Shown: positions 29,750 to 40,900 of the stretch, one piece after another
How the letters are laid out: the number at the start of each line of letters is the position of its first letter
How positions within the stretch are numbered: the stretch's first letter is position 1
Assembly: GCA_021785065.1 (NCBI GenBank)
Contig: JAJYGQ010000003.1
Span: 2,470 to 66,469, forward strand
Direction: 5' to 3'
DNA: 64,000 nucleotides
From: a bacterium
GTDB lineage: Bacteria > Patescibacteriota > Minisyncoccia > Phycocordibacterales > JAKAEA01
Notes under the pieces: model-generated
What the model saw: only the letters and a program-made list of their open reading frames with translations
Databases searched by the model: none
What the model was told of the DNA's origin: nothing
Position numbers and translations under genes: made by a program

Positions 29750-30829
29750 CTACTCGTCACTACCACTTTTAACCGCTGCTGCCGCTTGATCTGCTTTGAG
29801 ATTCTCGCGAATTTTTAACAAAATTTCTTCTTCTAGAGATGCGTTTTCTCGTAAGAATGTTCGGCTTGCATCATAGCCGCGGCCGAGTTTTACGTCGTTA
29901 TATTCATACGAAGAACCACTTTTCTTAATAAGCCCCATTTTTTCGCCGAGTGCTAAAATTTCGCCCTCTTTAGAAATACCTTCATTATAAATGAGGTCAA
30001 ATTCAGTCTGCCGGAAAGGCGCCGCAACTTTATTTTTCACTACTTTTACTCGGACGCGGCCGCCGACCACCTCGTCACCTTTTTTAATCTGAGCGATACG
30101 TCGAATATCCATTCGCACCGAAGAGTAGAACTTGAGCGCCTTGCCGCCCGGCGTTGTTTCAGGATTTCCAAACATCACACCGATCTGCATGCGAATCTGG
30201 TTTATAAAAATAACAATGGTTTTCGAGCGAGCGACGATACCGGTGAGTTTGCGTAGCGCTTGCGACATGAGCCGCGCTTGCTTACCTACGTGAATTGCTC
30301 CCATTTCGCCCTCAATCTCATCTTTGGGGGTTAGGGCGGCGACAGAGTCAATAACCACAACATCGAGCTTGCCCGTGCGGACCAGGCTTTCAGCGATTTC
30401 TAACCCTTGCTCGCCGGTATCTGGTTGCGAGATGAGTAGATCGCCGGTTTTAACCCCAAGTTTTGCGGCGTATTCAGGGTCCATAGCGTGTTCAGCGTCG
30501 ATATATGCGCAAACGCCACCTTTTTTTTGAGCTTCTGCGATAACGTGCAACGCCAGGGTCGTCTTACCCGATGATTCCGGTCCAAAAATCTCAACGATTC
30601 TGCCGCGGGGCAAACCTCCAATACCAAGCGCCGCATCAAGCCCAATAGAGCCGGTAGAAATAGCGTCGATATTGACCTTAGGCTTTGCCCCCAAGGTCAT
30701 AATGGCCTCATCGCCAAATTTTGTTTTTATTTGGTCAATGGCTTGGCTAATGGCGGCCGTTGCGTTTTTTGCGTTACTACCACTTTTGACTTCAGATTCG
30801 CGAACTTCTTTTTTACTGGTTTTGGGCAT
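29750..30829 (-). CDS. recA: recombinase RecA
   Basis: Walker [10 protein letters not shown], RecA L1/L2 loop region, 359 aa. Confidence 0.95.
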   Translation of the reverse strand: MPKTSKKEVRESEVKSGSNAKNATAAISQAIDQIKTKFGDEAIMTLGAKPKVNIDAISTGSIGLDAALGIGGLPRGRIVEIFGPESSGKTTLALHVIAEAQKKGGVCAYIDAEHAMDPEYAAKLGVKTGDLLISQPDTGEQGLEIAESLVRTGKLDVVVIDSVAALTPKDEIEGEMGAIHVGKQARLMSQALRKLTGIVARSKTIVIFINQIRMQIGVMFGNPETTPGGKALKFYSSVRMDIRRIAQIKKGDEVVGGRVRVKVVKNKVAAPFRQTEFDLIYNEGISKEGEILALGEKMGLIKKSGSSYEYNDVKLGRGYDASRTFLRENASLEEEILLKIRENLKADQAAAAVKSGSDE

Positions 30830-30901
30830 AATAGTGATTGCTATTTTATAATGTTTTCTGAACCATACTACAGAGCTGATAAAATACTCATTAATTTTTT
30901 C

Positions 30902-31261
30902 TTATGTTTTGTTAAAAATTAAATTAAAATGTTTTGAAACTGTTCGGCCAAATTTATCCTGGGCCGTAAGCGTCCAAGCATTATACCCGGGAGAGAGCAG
31001 GAGTTGCTCGTTAAAATTTCCTTGCTGATCGATAAAAATCGGTCTGTCGTTGAGGCTGATAAAAGACACGTTATTAGTTTTACCGGCAATAGTGACGAGG
31101 GGGGAGCCGGTGATGGTCGCGCCATTTTGGGGCGTTACCAAGGAAATTTGTGGCCCCATTAGGATATTTCTTGCTTGGAAGAAACCGTAGCCAACAATAG
31201 CGATGAGAAAAACAATTACAATGCCGGCAACAATTTTCTTTTTATGCAAAAAGATAGCCAT
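30902..31261 (-). CDS. hypothetical small membrane-anchored protein
   Basis: 119 aa, one N-terminal TM helix. Confidence 0.4.
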   Translation of the reverse strand: MAIFLHKKKIVAGIVIVFLIAIVGYGFFQARNILMGPQISLVTPQNGATITGSPLVTIAGKTNNVSFISLNDRPIFIDQQGNFNEQLLLSPGYNAWTLTAQDKFGRTVSKHFNLIFNKT

Positions 31262-31275
31262 AAAAATCTTCGAGA

Positions 31276-33561
31276 CTACGTTGCCATAGTAGCACGATTT
31301 TCACTTGCCGAGTCATTATCTTCAGGGTCTGCTGCTGCAGTTTCTGTGGCGCTGCTTGCTCCGAGGATTTCTCGTGGTTTGGCACCTTCGCCAGGGCCGA
31401 TAACGCCATGCTCTTCGAGGAGGTCAATGAGACGGGCCGCTCGGGCGTAGCCAATTCGCAGTTTTCGCTGGAGGTATGAAGTTGAGGCTTTTCCGGCCTG
31501 AACAACGGCTTCGCGCGCCTCTTCGTACAATGGATCGCTGTTTTCTTCATCATCGTTGCCGAATGTGGTATCGAAAATAGCGTTCTTATCGGCAGCTGTT
31601 TCGGTAAAGTTGATTTCGGACGGCGGCACGTCGCTATAGGTTTCGACAAAATAATTTACCACGTCCTTCAATTCTGTTTCGGAAATGAATGCTGATTGAA
31701 TACGCTGTGGCTTCGCCATTTCGCCAGACATAAAGAGCATATCTCCAGCGCCCAGCAGTTTTTCGGCGCCGCCAGTATCTAGAATAGTTCTTGAATCTAT
31801 TTGTGATGTAACCTGTAAAGCGACACGTGATGGAATGTTCGCTTTAATAAGACCAGTAATAACATTCACTGATGGTCGCTGCGTTGAAATAACAAGATGA
31901 ATACCCACCGCGCGACTCATTTGGGCTAGACGCACGATGGCTGCTTCTAGTTCACGCGGGTATGCCTGCATCAAATCCGCTAACTCATCAACGACAATAA
32001 CAAGATAGGGCATTGTTTCAGGCAGCTGCTGCTCGTCTTGGTCGTCGGCTTTACCGCTCAATTTTTTGAGCGCCGGGCCAAGGATGTTTTTGTGGTAGGA
32101 CTCAATATCGCGGACTTTTTCTGATTCCAAAACGTCATAACGGCGATCCATTTCTTTAGCGGCCCACTTGAGAGCTAAAATGGCTTTTTTGGGATCAGTA
32201 ATTACTGGCGTGAGGAGATGGGGGATATTGTTGTAGAGTGTTAATTCGACGCGTTTAGGGTCAATCATGATGAATTTCAGATTCTCAGGAGAATTTCGGT
32301 AAAGCAGGGAGGTGAGAATGGCATGAATGGTAACTGACTTTCCGGAACCAGTCGCGCCTGCTATCAAAAGGTGGGGCATCTTCGCCAGGTTTGCGAAGTG
32401 ACTTTTGCCGGATATACCCCGGCCAAGGGCCACCAGGAGGGGTTTGTCAGACGTTTGGAATTCCTCGCCCAATAGAAGGGTGCCGAGGCCAACGGTAGTT
32501 TTTGAACTATTAGGAATTTCGATACCTACCAGCGACTTGCCGGGAATAGGAGCTTCGATGCGCAGCGGGTGTGCGGCCAGAGCCAGGGCAAGATCGTTTT
32601 GTAGACCAACTATGCGCGACAGCTTCACGCCCTCAGCTGGTTTCAAGGCATAGCGAGTCACTGATGGTCCAATAGATATTTCATCCATTTCTACGTTAAT
32701 GCCAAAGTTCTGCAAGGTTCGCTTAATAATATTGGCATTCGCTTTAATATCTCCAACGCCTGGCTTGCCTTTATCTTCCTCAAGAAGGGAAAGAGGCGGG
32801 GGAGTAAAAGTCTTCCCGAGAAATTTTCTGGAACTAACAGCAAATTCATTCGTGTCGTTTTTGGCCATGCCAATAATCTTTTGCCCCTCTGACGGAGTTT
32901 TAGTTTTGGAAGTTTCTTTGGTGGAAATTGTTTCCTCTACCTCAGGCTTTTTCTTTTCAAGAAGGGGATCGGGGATTGCCTCGGCGACCAGTGAATCCAT
33001 CTGGTCTCCATCGTCGGTCATTTCTTTTTCCTCAGAGGTTTTTTTCCAAAAAATAAATTGTCGCCAACCGAGTTGGTTATCGGCGGTAATGATGAGGGCA
33101 ATAAAGGCAATGCCAAAAAGAAAAATGAGGGACGCCCACACGTCAAAAAGTTGAACAAGAGGGTGGGCAATAAGCGAACCGATATAGCCACCCGCTCCCA
33201 TCCCCACCCGATCGTTTTTAAAGATAATGCCGATAATGCCTAAAAAGGCGAGAAGGCTTATCGAGAATGAAACAAGACGAAGCCAGCCAATTCGCTGACG
33301 CCGCAGCGAACTTGCAAACACAATGCCAGTAAAAAAAAGGAATACTGGTACAAAAAAGTATCCAATGCCAAGGAGAAAGGTTAGGGCTATATAGGTTCTA
33401 TCGCCGACAACTCCAGCTTTACCTATAGCTGAAAGAATAAAGAAAAATCCAATAATAAAGCTGGCGATAGCGTAGATGATGCGTAATGTTTCTTGTTGAA
33501 GACCAATGGGTTGTTCTTTCGCGGTCTCGCGAGGAGAGCGTGTTTTTTTCTGTTTTTTCAT
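31276..33561 (-). CDS. ftsK: DNA translocase FtsK/SpoIIIE
   Basis: N-terminal 4-5 TM helices, motor domain with Walker A LLIAGATGSGKSV and FtsK gamma-like C-terminus. Confidence 0.9.
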   Translation of the reverse strand: MKKQKKTRSPRETAKEQPIGLQQETLRIIYAIASFIIGFFFILSAIGKAGVVGDRTYIALTFLLGIGYFFVPVFLFFTGIVFASSLRRQRIGWLRLVSFSISLLAFLGIIGIIFKNDRVGMGAGGYIGSLIAHPLVQLFDVWASLIFLFGIAFIALIITADNQLGWRQFIFWKKTSEEKEMTDDGDQMDSLVAEAIPDPLLEKKKPEVEETISTKETSKTKTPSEGQKIIGMAKNDTNEFAVSSRKFLGKTFTPPPLSLLEEDKGKPGVGDIKANANIIKRTLQNFGINVEMDEISIGPSVTRYALKPAEGVKLSRIVGLQNDLALALAAHPLRIEAPIPGKSLVGIEIPNSSKTTVGLGTLLLGEEFQTSDKPLLVALGRGISGKSHFANLAKMPHLLIAGATGSGKSVTIHAILTSLLYRNSPENLKFIMIDPKRVELTLYNNIPHLLTPVITDPKKAILALKWAAKEMDRRYDVLESEKVRDIESYHKNILGPALKKLSGKADDQDEQQLPETMPYLVIVVDELADLMQAYPRELEAAIVRLAQMSRAVGIHLVISTQRPSVNVITGLIKANIPSRVALQVTSQIDSRTILDTGGAEKLLGAGDMLFMSGEMAKPQRIQSAFISETELKDVVNYFVETYSDVPPSEINFTETAADKNAIFDTTFGNDDEENSDPLYEEAREAVVQAGKASTSYLQRKLRIGYARAARLIDLLEEHGVIGPGEGAKPREILGASSATETAAADPEDNDSASENRATMAT

Positions 33562-33617
33562 TCGGTTGCTTTAAATAACGTTTATTAAATTATAGCACAC
33601 TAATTTCATAAAGATTT

Positions 33618-34496
33618 TTGACAAAGAATATAGTAGGTATACTATGTAAAAGTCATAAAAGACACAGTGTCATTGGTTATAAAAGACACAAAAATATGAC
33701 TCACGACAAAAACATAGTTATAAGAGACAGTGTCTTTTATAACTCATCTTTTTTCCACAACGACCAAGATTTAATAGAACTTTATAAAAAAATAGAGAGA
33801 ATTTGCGGTGCCGTTTTTTTAGTAACAAGTTTTACGGGAGATACAAATATAATCAAAAAGACAATACAAGAGGCAGCATTGTTGACTTTTAAATCCTGCT
33901 CAAATCTAGTTTTGGGTACGAACATTAACTCTCAAAGGCTCAAGGAGGTGTACGTTAATCTCACCATTCTTTATGCACACCTAGATAGCGCCTTTTGGTC
34001 GGGAGTTTTATCTCAGATGAATACCTCAATTATTCAAAAAGAAATTCAAAATATTATTGCCCTAGTATCAAAATTAGATTCTAAATATAAAGATCAAAGT
34101 AATCCAAAAAATTCATTTCTTACCTTAGTTGAAAAAACAATTCCGAGCGCTACTGGGGAAAATGCCTTTTCTCAAAATATACCCAAAACAGAAGACCATA
34201 TAAAGGACAACATAAAGGACAATATAAAAGACACAACAAAAGACACAAAGGACACTATAAAAGACAAAAATAAAGGACATACTATAAAAAGTCCTTTAAG
34301 TATTAATCATAAGGATAGAACAGATAAGATTAAGTTTATTCTAAGGGATTTTAAGCAAAGAACTATAAAGGACATATCATCACTTTTTCCTGATGTGAGC
34401 GAAAAAACCATCCAACGAGAAATAAATCGCCTTATCGATGAAGGTATTGTTAAGAGGATCGGCGATAGGCGCTGGAGTAGCTATACTCTCGCTTAA
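33618..34496 (+). CDS. hypothetical DNA-binding protein with C-terminal DeoR-like winged HTH and a Lys/Asp (KDxIKD) repeat tract
   Basis: C-terminus TIKDISSLFPDVSEKTIQREINRLIDEGIVKRIG resembles a wHTH; internal KDNIKDNIKDTTKDTKDTIKDKNKG repeat; true start may be the internal Met at 33696. Confidence 0.4.
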   Translation: MTKNIVGILCKSHKRHSVIGYKRHKNMTHDKNIVIRDSVFYNSSFFHNDQDLIELYKKIERICGAVFLVTSFTGDTNIIKKTIQEAALLTFKSCSNLVLGTNINSQRLKEVYVNLTILYAHLDSAFWSGVLSQMNTSIIQKEIQNIIALVSKLDSKYKDQSNPKNSFLTLVEKTIPSATGENAFSQNIPKTEDHIKDNIKDNIKDTTKDTKDTIKDKNKGHTIKSPLSINHKDRTDKIKFILRDFKQRTIKDISSLFPDVSEKTIQREINRLIDEGIVKRIGDRRWSSYTLA

Positions 34497-35031
34497 TATT
34501 TTGCTTTAAATTCTGTTACTTTTGCATAGGTAAAACGTATTAATTTGTAGAGCAGCCTTCAAGGGAGAATGATTGACTTTTCCATATAAATATGGAAATA
34601 TGATGAGGTAACGGAGTTATCCCCAGAAATGCTGTTTTTTAAGGGTTTCCGTTGCGATATACTGCCGACAGTCGGAAAGATCTGGCGGCTTTTGTCTCAC
34701 CTACGCAGAACGATTGGCCATTGAAAATTTCATAGCGTTGCGTAAGTAAAATCAATTTCTGAATTCAGTAATTGTTCCGTCGGCGCTTCAGGCGCCCTTC
34801 TGTATTTTCTGAAACGCAGACCTACTCTTATTAACTATTTTTCATCTTGTGTCGATAAACAAAAGATGGAATATAGTGCAAAGAAAACCGACCACTCTTT
34901 TTCGACTTTTAGGAATGGTTGGTTAACGTCAATAGACTTTTAATGTCGATTAGAGTCTGTTGATGTAAACAAAGTCGAAATTATTAGTCGCATTTTGCGG
35001 TTATTAAAATAATATTATTTATTAAATTCTT

Positions 35032-37023
35032 ATGACTTCACGAAAAATTCTCGTTGGAGCTTTAGGTGTTGCGACAGTTTTGTCGCTCGTTGGCGTTGCT
35101 GCTATCACAGCTTCTGCTGCTACGACTTCCACCTACAACTTCACGCGAAACTTAACTGTTGGTTCAACCGGTGCTGATGTCACCGCGCTCCAGCAGTTTC
35201 TTGCTCAGGAGGGATTCCTCACAGTGACTCCGACCGGTTACTTCGGTCCTATCACTAAGAAGGCTGTTGCCGCTTGGCAAGCTAGCATTGGTTTACCATC
35301 ATATGGTTTCTTCGGTGCTATGTCTCGCGCTGCGATCGCCTCATCGGCTTCCGTAAGCACGACCTCAACACCTGGTTGCCCGGCCGGCGCTCTGTATAAC
35401 ACACAGACTGGCGCTCCGTGCACCGCCCCTGTTACCACTTCGACCCCTGGTTGCCCAGCTGGCGCTGTGTTCAATTACATGACTGGCGCTCGATGTGCTA
35501 CTACCACGACTTCTACAACTGGTTCTGGCTCTAACGTTGTTTGCCCAGTTGGCTGGACGTGTACAGGTCCTACTGGCGGCACAACCACCAGCATTAGCAC
35601 CCCAGGTCAAATTGGTAGCATTGCTATCACTGCTCAGTCTTCACCGAACAACACCACGGTCTACCAAGGCCAATCATATGATGTTGCTCGCTACAAGCTC
35701 CAAGCAATTGGCGCTTCAGACATGGGTGTCCAGGATCTTGTTCTCTACTTCAACAATCGACCTTGGCTCTATGCTAATTCGATCACCATTCACGATGATT
35801 CCGGTAATACTATCGCCCAAGTTAATAACTTGAGCGCCAGCAACTTTACTGAGATCACTGTCGGTAGCGATTACAGCATCGACATTCCTCTCAATAACTT
35901 TGTTGTACCGGCCGCTCAGACCAAGTACCTCACCGTTAATATGAGCTTCTCGCCTGTTTCTAACCAAACAAGCAATCTCGTAATCTCGGAAGCTCAAGTT
36001 CGTGCCGTTGATGGTACTGGCGTAGCTACTACAGTAGCTGACAATACAAATATTACGATTGACTATAGTACCAACAACGCTGGTTCAGTTATTGTGACCA
36101 CAGATAGCTCATCGCCACAAACTGGTAACGTTCAGATTTCTACGAGCAATACCACTACTGGTGTTCCTCTAGCTGTCTACGACATCAAGTCGCAGTCTGT
36201 TTCTTCAACGCTTAACGCGTTGACCATTGGTTTGCAGACGAGCAACAGTGCTCACACTGTCTCGCCATCAACTCTGTTTAACAACGTGAAGATGACAGTC
36301 AATGGTACGACATACAGTGCCAATGACTTCACAGCTAGTACGACTGGTACTAACGGTGTTTACAACGGTACTGCTGTATTCAACAACATATCAGTTCCGT
36401 TGCCTGCTGACACTTATGTACCAATTGTTATCTCGGGTGATGTTGCTGCTGACACCAACTCTACGCTTGATGGCACTCTCGCTTCCACGACCTTCGCCGT
36501 TGCTAGTGAATCTAACCCGTATGTTGTAAACTCAGCGTATAGCAAGCTCACATCCAACAACGCGGTGTTTACCAGCAATCCCCAGTTCTTCACAGCTTCA
36601 AGCGTGACAGCTGGTGGTTTGGCAACAGCGTACGGTACTAAGTCTGCTATCAATAGCAACTCTAGCACCTCTACACAGCAGTACACCTTTACCTTCAACC
36701 TTACTGCTGGTAACAATCCGATCTACATCTCGAAGACTGTCGGCACAGCTTTGACACTTTCGTCAATTCCGTCCGGCTTTACCAATTCGAGCGTTGTGTT
36801 CTCGGATAACAACACCAACGGTGATGGTTCGAGTTACTTCTACCTCTCACCAGGTCAAACAAAGACCTTCACCGCTACGTATCAGGCTACTGCTCTGACT
36901 ACGGACTCAGGTGTAATCCAGGTAAACGCTATCAACTACGGTACAGAGTCCACAGCTCTCAGCAGCGCTTCTCTATCCTCATCGGCTATCTCGAACGCTC
37001 TGCAAGCTGTTCTGTTCCACTAG
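35032..37023 (+). CDS. secreted/surface protein with peptidoglycan-binding (PG_binding_1-like) N-terminal domain, two Cys-containing tandem repeats and a long S/T/N-rich beta-rich region
   Basis: Signal peptide; LTVGSTGADVTALQQFLAQEGFL...GYFGPITKKAV motif; repeated STPGCPAGA(L/V)(Y/F)N..TGA.C. Confidence 0.6.
   Translation: MTSRKILVGALGVATVLSLVGVAAITASAATTSTYNFTRNLTVGSTGADVTALQQFLAQEGFLTVTPTGYFGPITKKAVAAWQASIGLPSYGFFGAMSRAAIASSASVSTTSTPGCPAGALYNTQTGAPCTAPVTTSTPGCPAGAVFNYMTGARCATTTTSTTGSGSNVVCPVGWTCTGPTGGTTTSISTPGQIGSIAITAQSSPNNTTVYQGQSYDVARYKLQAIGASDMGVQDLVLYFNNRPWLYANSITIHDDSGNTIAQVNNLSASNFTEITVGSDYSIDIPLNNFVVPAAQTKYLTVNMSFSPVSNQTSNLVISEAQVRAVDGTGVATTVADNTNITIDYSTNNAGSVIVTTDSSSPQTGNVQISTSNTTTGVPLAVYDIKSQSVSSTLNALTIGLQTSNSAHTVSPSTLFNNVKMTVNGTTYSANDFTASTTGTNGVYNGTAVFNNISVPLPADTYVPIVISGDVAADTNSTLDGTLASTTFAVASESNPYVVNSAYSKLTSNNAVFTSNPQFFTASSVTAGGLATAYGTKSAINSNSSTSTQQYTFTFNLTAGNNPIYISKTVGTALTLSSIPSGFTNSSVVFSDNNTNGDGSSYFYLSPGQTKTFTATYQATALTTDSGVIQVNAINYGTESTALSSASLSSSAISNALQAVLFH
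35368..35505 (+). repeat. about 75-bp tandem direct repeat (2 copies) inside the 35032 CDS
   Basis: cctggttgccc(g/a)gc(c/t)ggcgct...actggcgct repeated. Confidence 0.7.
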
Positions 37024-37088
37024 TTTGATCTAAGCCACTTGTGAACCTTGTTTAATTAGCTTCGGTTAGTTAAAGAGGTTGGCTAAAC

Positions 37089-37120
37089 AAAAGCCCGATC
37101 CAAAAGGTCGGGCTTTTGTG
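37089..37120. terminator. bidirectional hairpin terminator between convergent genes
   Basis: AAAAGCCCGA-tccaaaagg-TCGGGCTTTT with A-run upstream and T-run downstream. Confidence 0.7.
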
Positions 37121-37163
37121 TTGGTTGGATTTTGTTGGGGTAATCGGTTTTTACTTTTGCCGT

Positions 37164-37820
37164 CTATTTTTTTGCAGAGAAAATATAGCCGAGAGGATAG
37201 CGGGCGGCGGCGGCTGGGCGGAGTTTGAGAAATACTTTATCGAGGAGAGCGTAAAAGGGGAAAAGGATAACGCGGCAGAGGCGGGGCATAGAGAGAATAA
37301 TGTTATTGAAATTTACAAAAAAGGGTCCGCCGCCAACGCCCGCAACAGAAATATCACTAAAACCAGCCTCGGAGAGGATGAGCGGCAGAGATTCTTTGGT
37401 GTAGCGGAAGTAGTCGTGCGGGTCGGGGTGATAATTAACGAGAAATGGCACGAAGCCATATAGCTGTCCGCCTGGTTTTAGGATGCGACACATTTCACTG
37501 GTTAGAAAGTCGTGGTGATAGATATGCTCTAAGACATTGGCGCAGATAACTGTGTCAGCAGTGCCATCGGGGAAGGGTAGAGCGTCTTTTTCAAAATTAA
37601 TATTCGAAATTGAGCCGTCGATGGGTTTTATGGAAACCGCGCCCAGAGACTCGTCTTTTTTAAAGTAATTAAAATAGTCTGGCCGCCGGCCGCCGCCAAC
37701 GTCTACCACAGTGCCTCGTAAGGTGTAGTGCGAAAAAGCTTTGTCCATCAAAATGCGGGCGAGCGTTTGGCCGCGCCATATTCGTTTCAAGAAATAAGGA
37801 GCCATCATACGGTGCATCAT
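37164..37820 (-). CDS. class I SAM-dependent methyltransferase (Methyltransf_11-like)
   Basis: VVDVGGGRRPDY (motif I), ADTVICANVLEHI (motif II/III region). Confidence 0.7.
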   Translation of the reverse strand: MMHRMMAPYFLKRIWRGQTLARILMDKAFSHYTLRGTVVDVGGGRRPDYFNYFKKDESLGAVSIKPIDGSISNINFEKDALPFPDGTADTVICANVLEHIYHHDFLTSEMCRILKPGGQLYGFVPFLVNYHPDPHDYFRYTKESLPLILSEAGFSDISVAGVGGGPFFVNFNNIILSMPRLCRVILFPFYALLDKVFLKLRPAAAARYPLGYIFSAKK

Positions 37821-37964
37821 TTATACCAAATTGAGCGAGGTTTTTCTAGCGGCTTGTGCACCGGCGCTTGTGTTCTGAACAATCTTGTATTCTCGTGCTG
37901 GATTTTAAAGAAATTTTAATTTTACATAATGAGAATTTTAACAACGAGAGCGTAGACTGCGAGT

Positions 37965-40900
37965 ATGAAATTTTTGCAGCAGTGTGTGTTACTTGGTGTT
38001 GTGGCGGTGTGCGCTAGCGTGCTTGGTTGGTCACCGGCGTATGCGGCTGGCACGGTACCGGTTACGGGCGATATGGCTACTGACACCGTATGGACGGCCG
38101 ATGATGGCGTCTATGTGGTTTCCAGTGTCGTCACTATCGACCCGGGGGCGACGCTTTATATTGAACCAGGTACGATAGTAAAATTTTCTCAAGGCGCAAG
38201 TCTCAATGTCCTCGGGGCATTAAATGCCGCGGGCAATCCAGTAAATCCGGTGTACTTTACTTCGTTTGCCGACGACGCTGTTGGCGGTGACACAAATGCT
38301 GACGGTTCGAATTCGTTGCCATCAGCTTCCGATACTTGGGACATTAACTTTCTCCACGCTTCGTATTCAACGATTTCTGGCGCGGTACTCCGCTATAGTA
38401 GCGGCGGAATATTTAATCTGGATTCTCGTTTGTCGCTCGCCAGTACCAGCGTAGCCTTTATGGATAATCCAATTTCAGTTTCGCAGGGAAAACTCAATCT
38501 CAGCAATGTTCTCTTTTCTCATATGTCTCAGGGCGCGCTATGGATATATGCCACCAGTAGTGCGACGCTTGCTTCAACCACGGTTACCAACAGTACAACA
38601 GGGGCGGTGATGGTATACAACAATAGCAATCTTTCGGCGCGTCAGCTTTCTGTGGTAGGCGAGCAAAATGGTCCGGCCCTTTCGGTATACAATCTCTCGA
38701 CCGCTACCTGCGAGCGGTGCGCACTTTCCGATAACGCTACTTCGGTGGTGGTGTATTCGGGAAGTAATCTCGCGCTCAATCATTCGTCCATTGAAAATGC
38801 TACCGGCACCGCCGCTACCGATTTCGAGCTGTATGACCCGGCGTGGAATACGTCGCTACCCAGACATTCGCAGGCTACGTTGTCCGCGACAACGCTGCGC
38901 GGCGGCAAGGACGGCATCATTGTTTTTGGACCGGTAACGTTGCGCCTAGCCACTACAACTATAGAAAATTTTTCCGACGACGGTATTCAAGCTTACGATG
39001 GAGCAACGCTTGTGGGATCTTCGCTACGGGTGAGCAAAAATAAAAATGCTGGTTTAGAAATGTGGTCGACGGTTAACGGGTCGGTGCGCTACAGTGATAT
39101 TTCTGATAATGGTCAATTTGGCATATTGAGTCGGACGGCCACGCCTTTTGCCGCTGTGCAAAATTGGTGGGGAAGTGCTAGCGGGCCCCATCACGCCACG
39201 CTCAATACTAACGGTTCCGGTGACACTGTTTCGGATAACGTCACCTTTTCTCCGTGGCTTCAGGATAAAACGCCTCCGGACCCCGTGGACCCGCCGCCCT
39301 GTTGCTCAAGCGTTCTCTTTATTCCTGGTATTGAAGCGAGCCGATTGTATGCAACCTCAAGCACGCTACTTGGTCGCCTAACCAAAAGAGCGGGTACGAA
39401 AGAAATTCAACTTTGGGAACCAGGATTTACGACGCCCATTAATAAACTTATGCTCGATGAATCCGGTGCCAGTCTCAATTCGGTGTATACCAAAGATATT
39501 ATTACGACCACCAACGAACTGTTGCCAATGTCTAACATAGACATATATAAAACTTTTTCTGGCGTGCTCACCACTCTTGCTACTGAAGGGGCGATTGCGT
39601 CGTGGCAAGCTTACCCTTATGATTGGCGACTTGATCCGCAGTCGCTTGTCGAAAATGGCACACAACTCGCCGCAACGCTGTCTCGGTTAGAGCCGATGGT
39701 TGAGTCGCTGGCCGCGAGTTCAAAAACCGGGAAGGTGACTATTGTTGCCCATAGTAACGGTGGCATACTCGCAAAACTTTTATTGAGTAAGTTGCAAGCC
39801 GAGGGAAAAAGTCAGCTCGTGGATACATTAGTGTTCGTTGCGGTGCCGCAATTAGGGACACCGATAGCTATACCCGCTCTTCTTTCAGGGTATGGTCAGC
39901 AAATTGGCATGGGTTTTATTTTAAACGCCACCACCGCTCAGCATCTTGCTCAAAATATGCCTGCCGCATACAGCTTTATTCCTTCAGCGGCATATTTTCA
40001 TACCACGACATCACCTGTCATTTTTGATCCTTCGCTCAAGACGATTTCTGATTTGTATCAAAATTACGGTCCCGTTATTTCTGATGCTACGTCTCTCGCA
40101 AAATTTTTAACAGCAACAACAAACACAAAACGTTCCTCACCAATAGTGACCCCGGCAAATAGTACACTGCTGGCCGCGGCGACTAGGTTGCACGTCTCGC
40201 TTGATAGTTGGCAGGCACCATCTGGTGTCAATGTTATTACGGTGGCCGGTGTGGGTATTGATACACTTTCTGCTACACGTTATTACGCGCGCCCACCGTC
40301 GTTTTGGGGTAACTTATGGGGAGCTTCGGCTACTATAGACATGTCTCCCCAAATGACATCACTCGGCGACAATACCGTGGTAACACCAAGCGCCGCGGCT
40401 ACCATCCCCAAGTCGTTTACGTACTACATTGATTTAGCCGCGTACAACAATAAGAGCGGAAAAAATCGCGGGCATGCTGATATTTTAGAAGCCGAACCAA
40501 CCGACGAGCTTCTCATAGATATCATACGGGGTTCGGTGGGCACAGCGGCGTCACTCTCGCCAGTATTACCTCATTTTGTTTCCACAACTATTCCCGCCAA
40601 CTACCTTACCAATGCTAGTAATACAAAAACAGAAGAACAAATAAGCGTCCATTCACCGGTGGTGTTAAATGTATACGATGATCAAGGGCGACACACTGGT
40701 CCTGTTAAAAATATTACTGCGATAGATTCAGCGCTTATTCCCACCGAAAGCAAAATTCCCAATAGCTACTATCTACCCTTCGGGGAAGGGCAATACGTAG
40801 GGGTGCCTTTAGGAACGAAAGGAAAAATTGTCCTTTCGGGAACAGCGGCAGGATCAGCCACGCTTGATATTACAGCGTATGGTACGACCACGCAGTTTTC

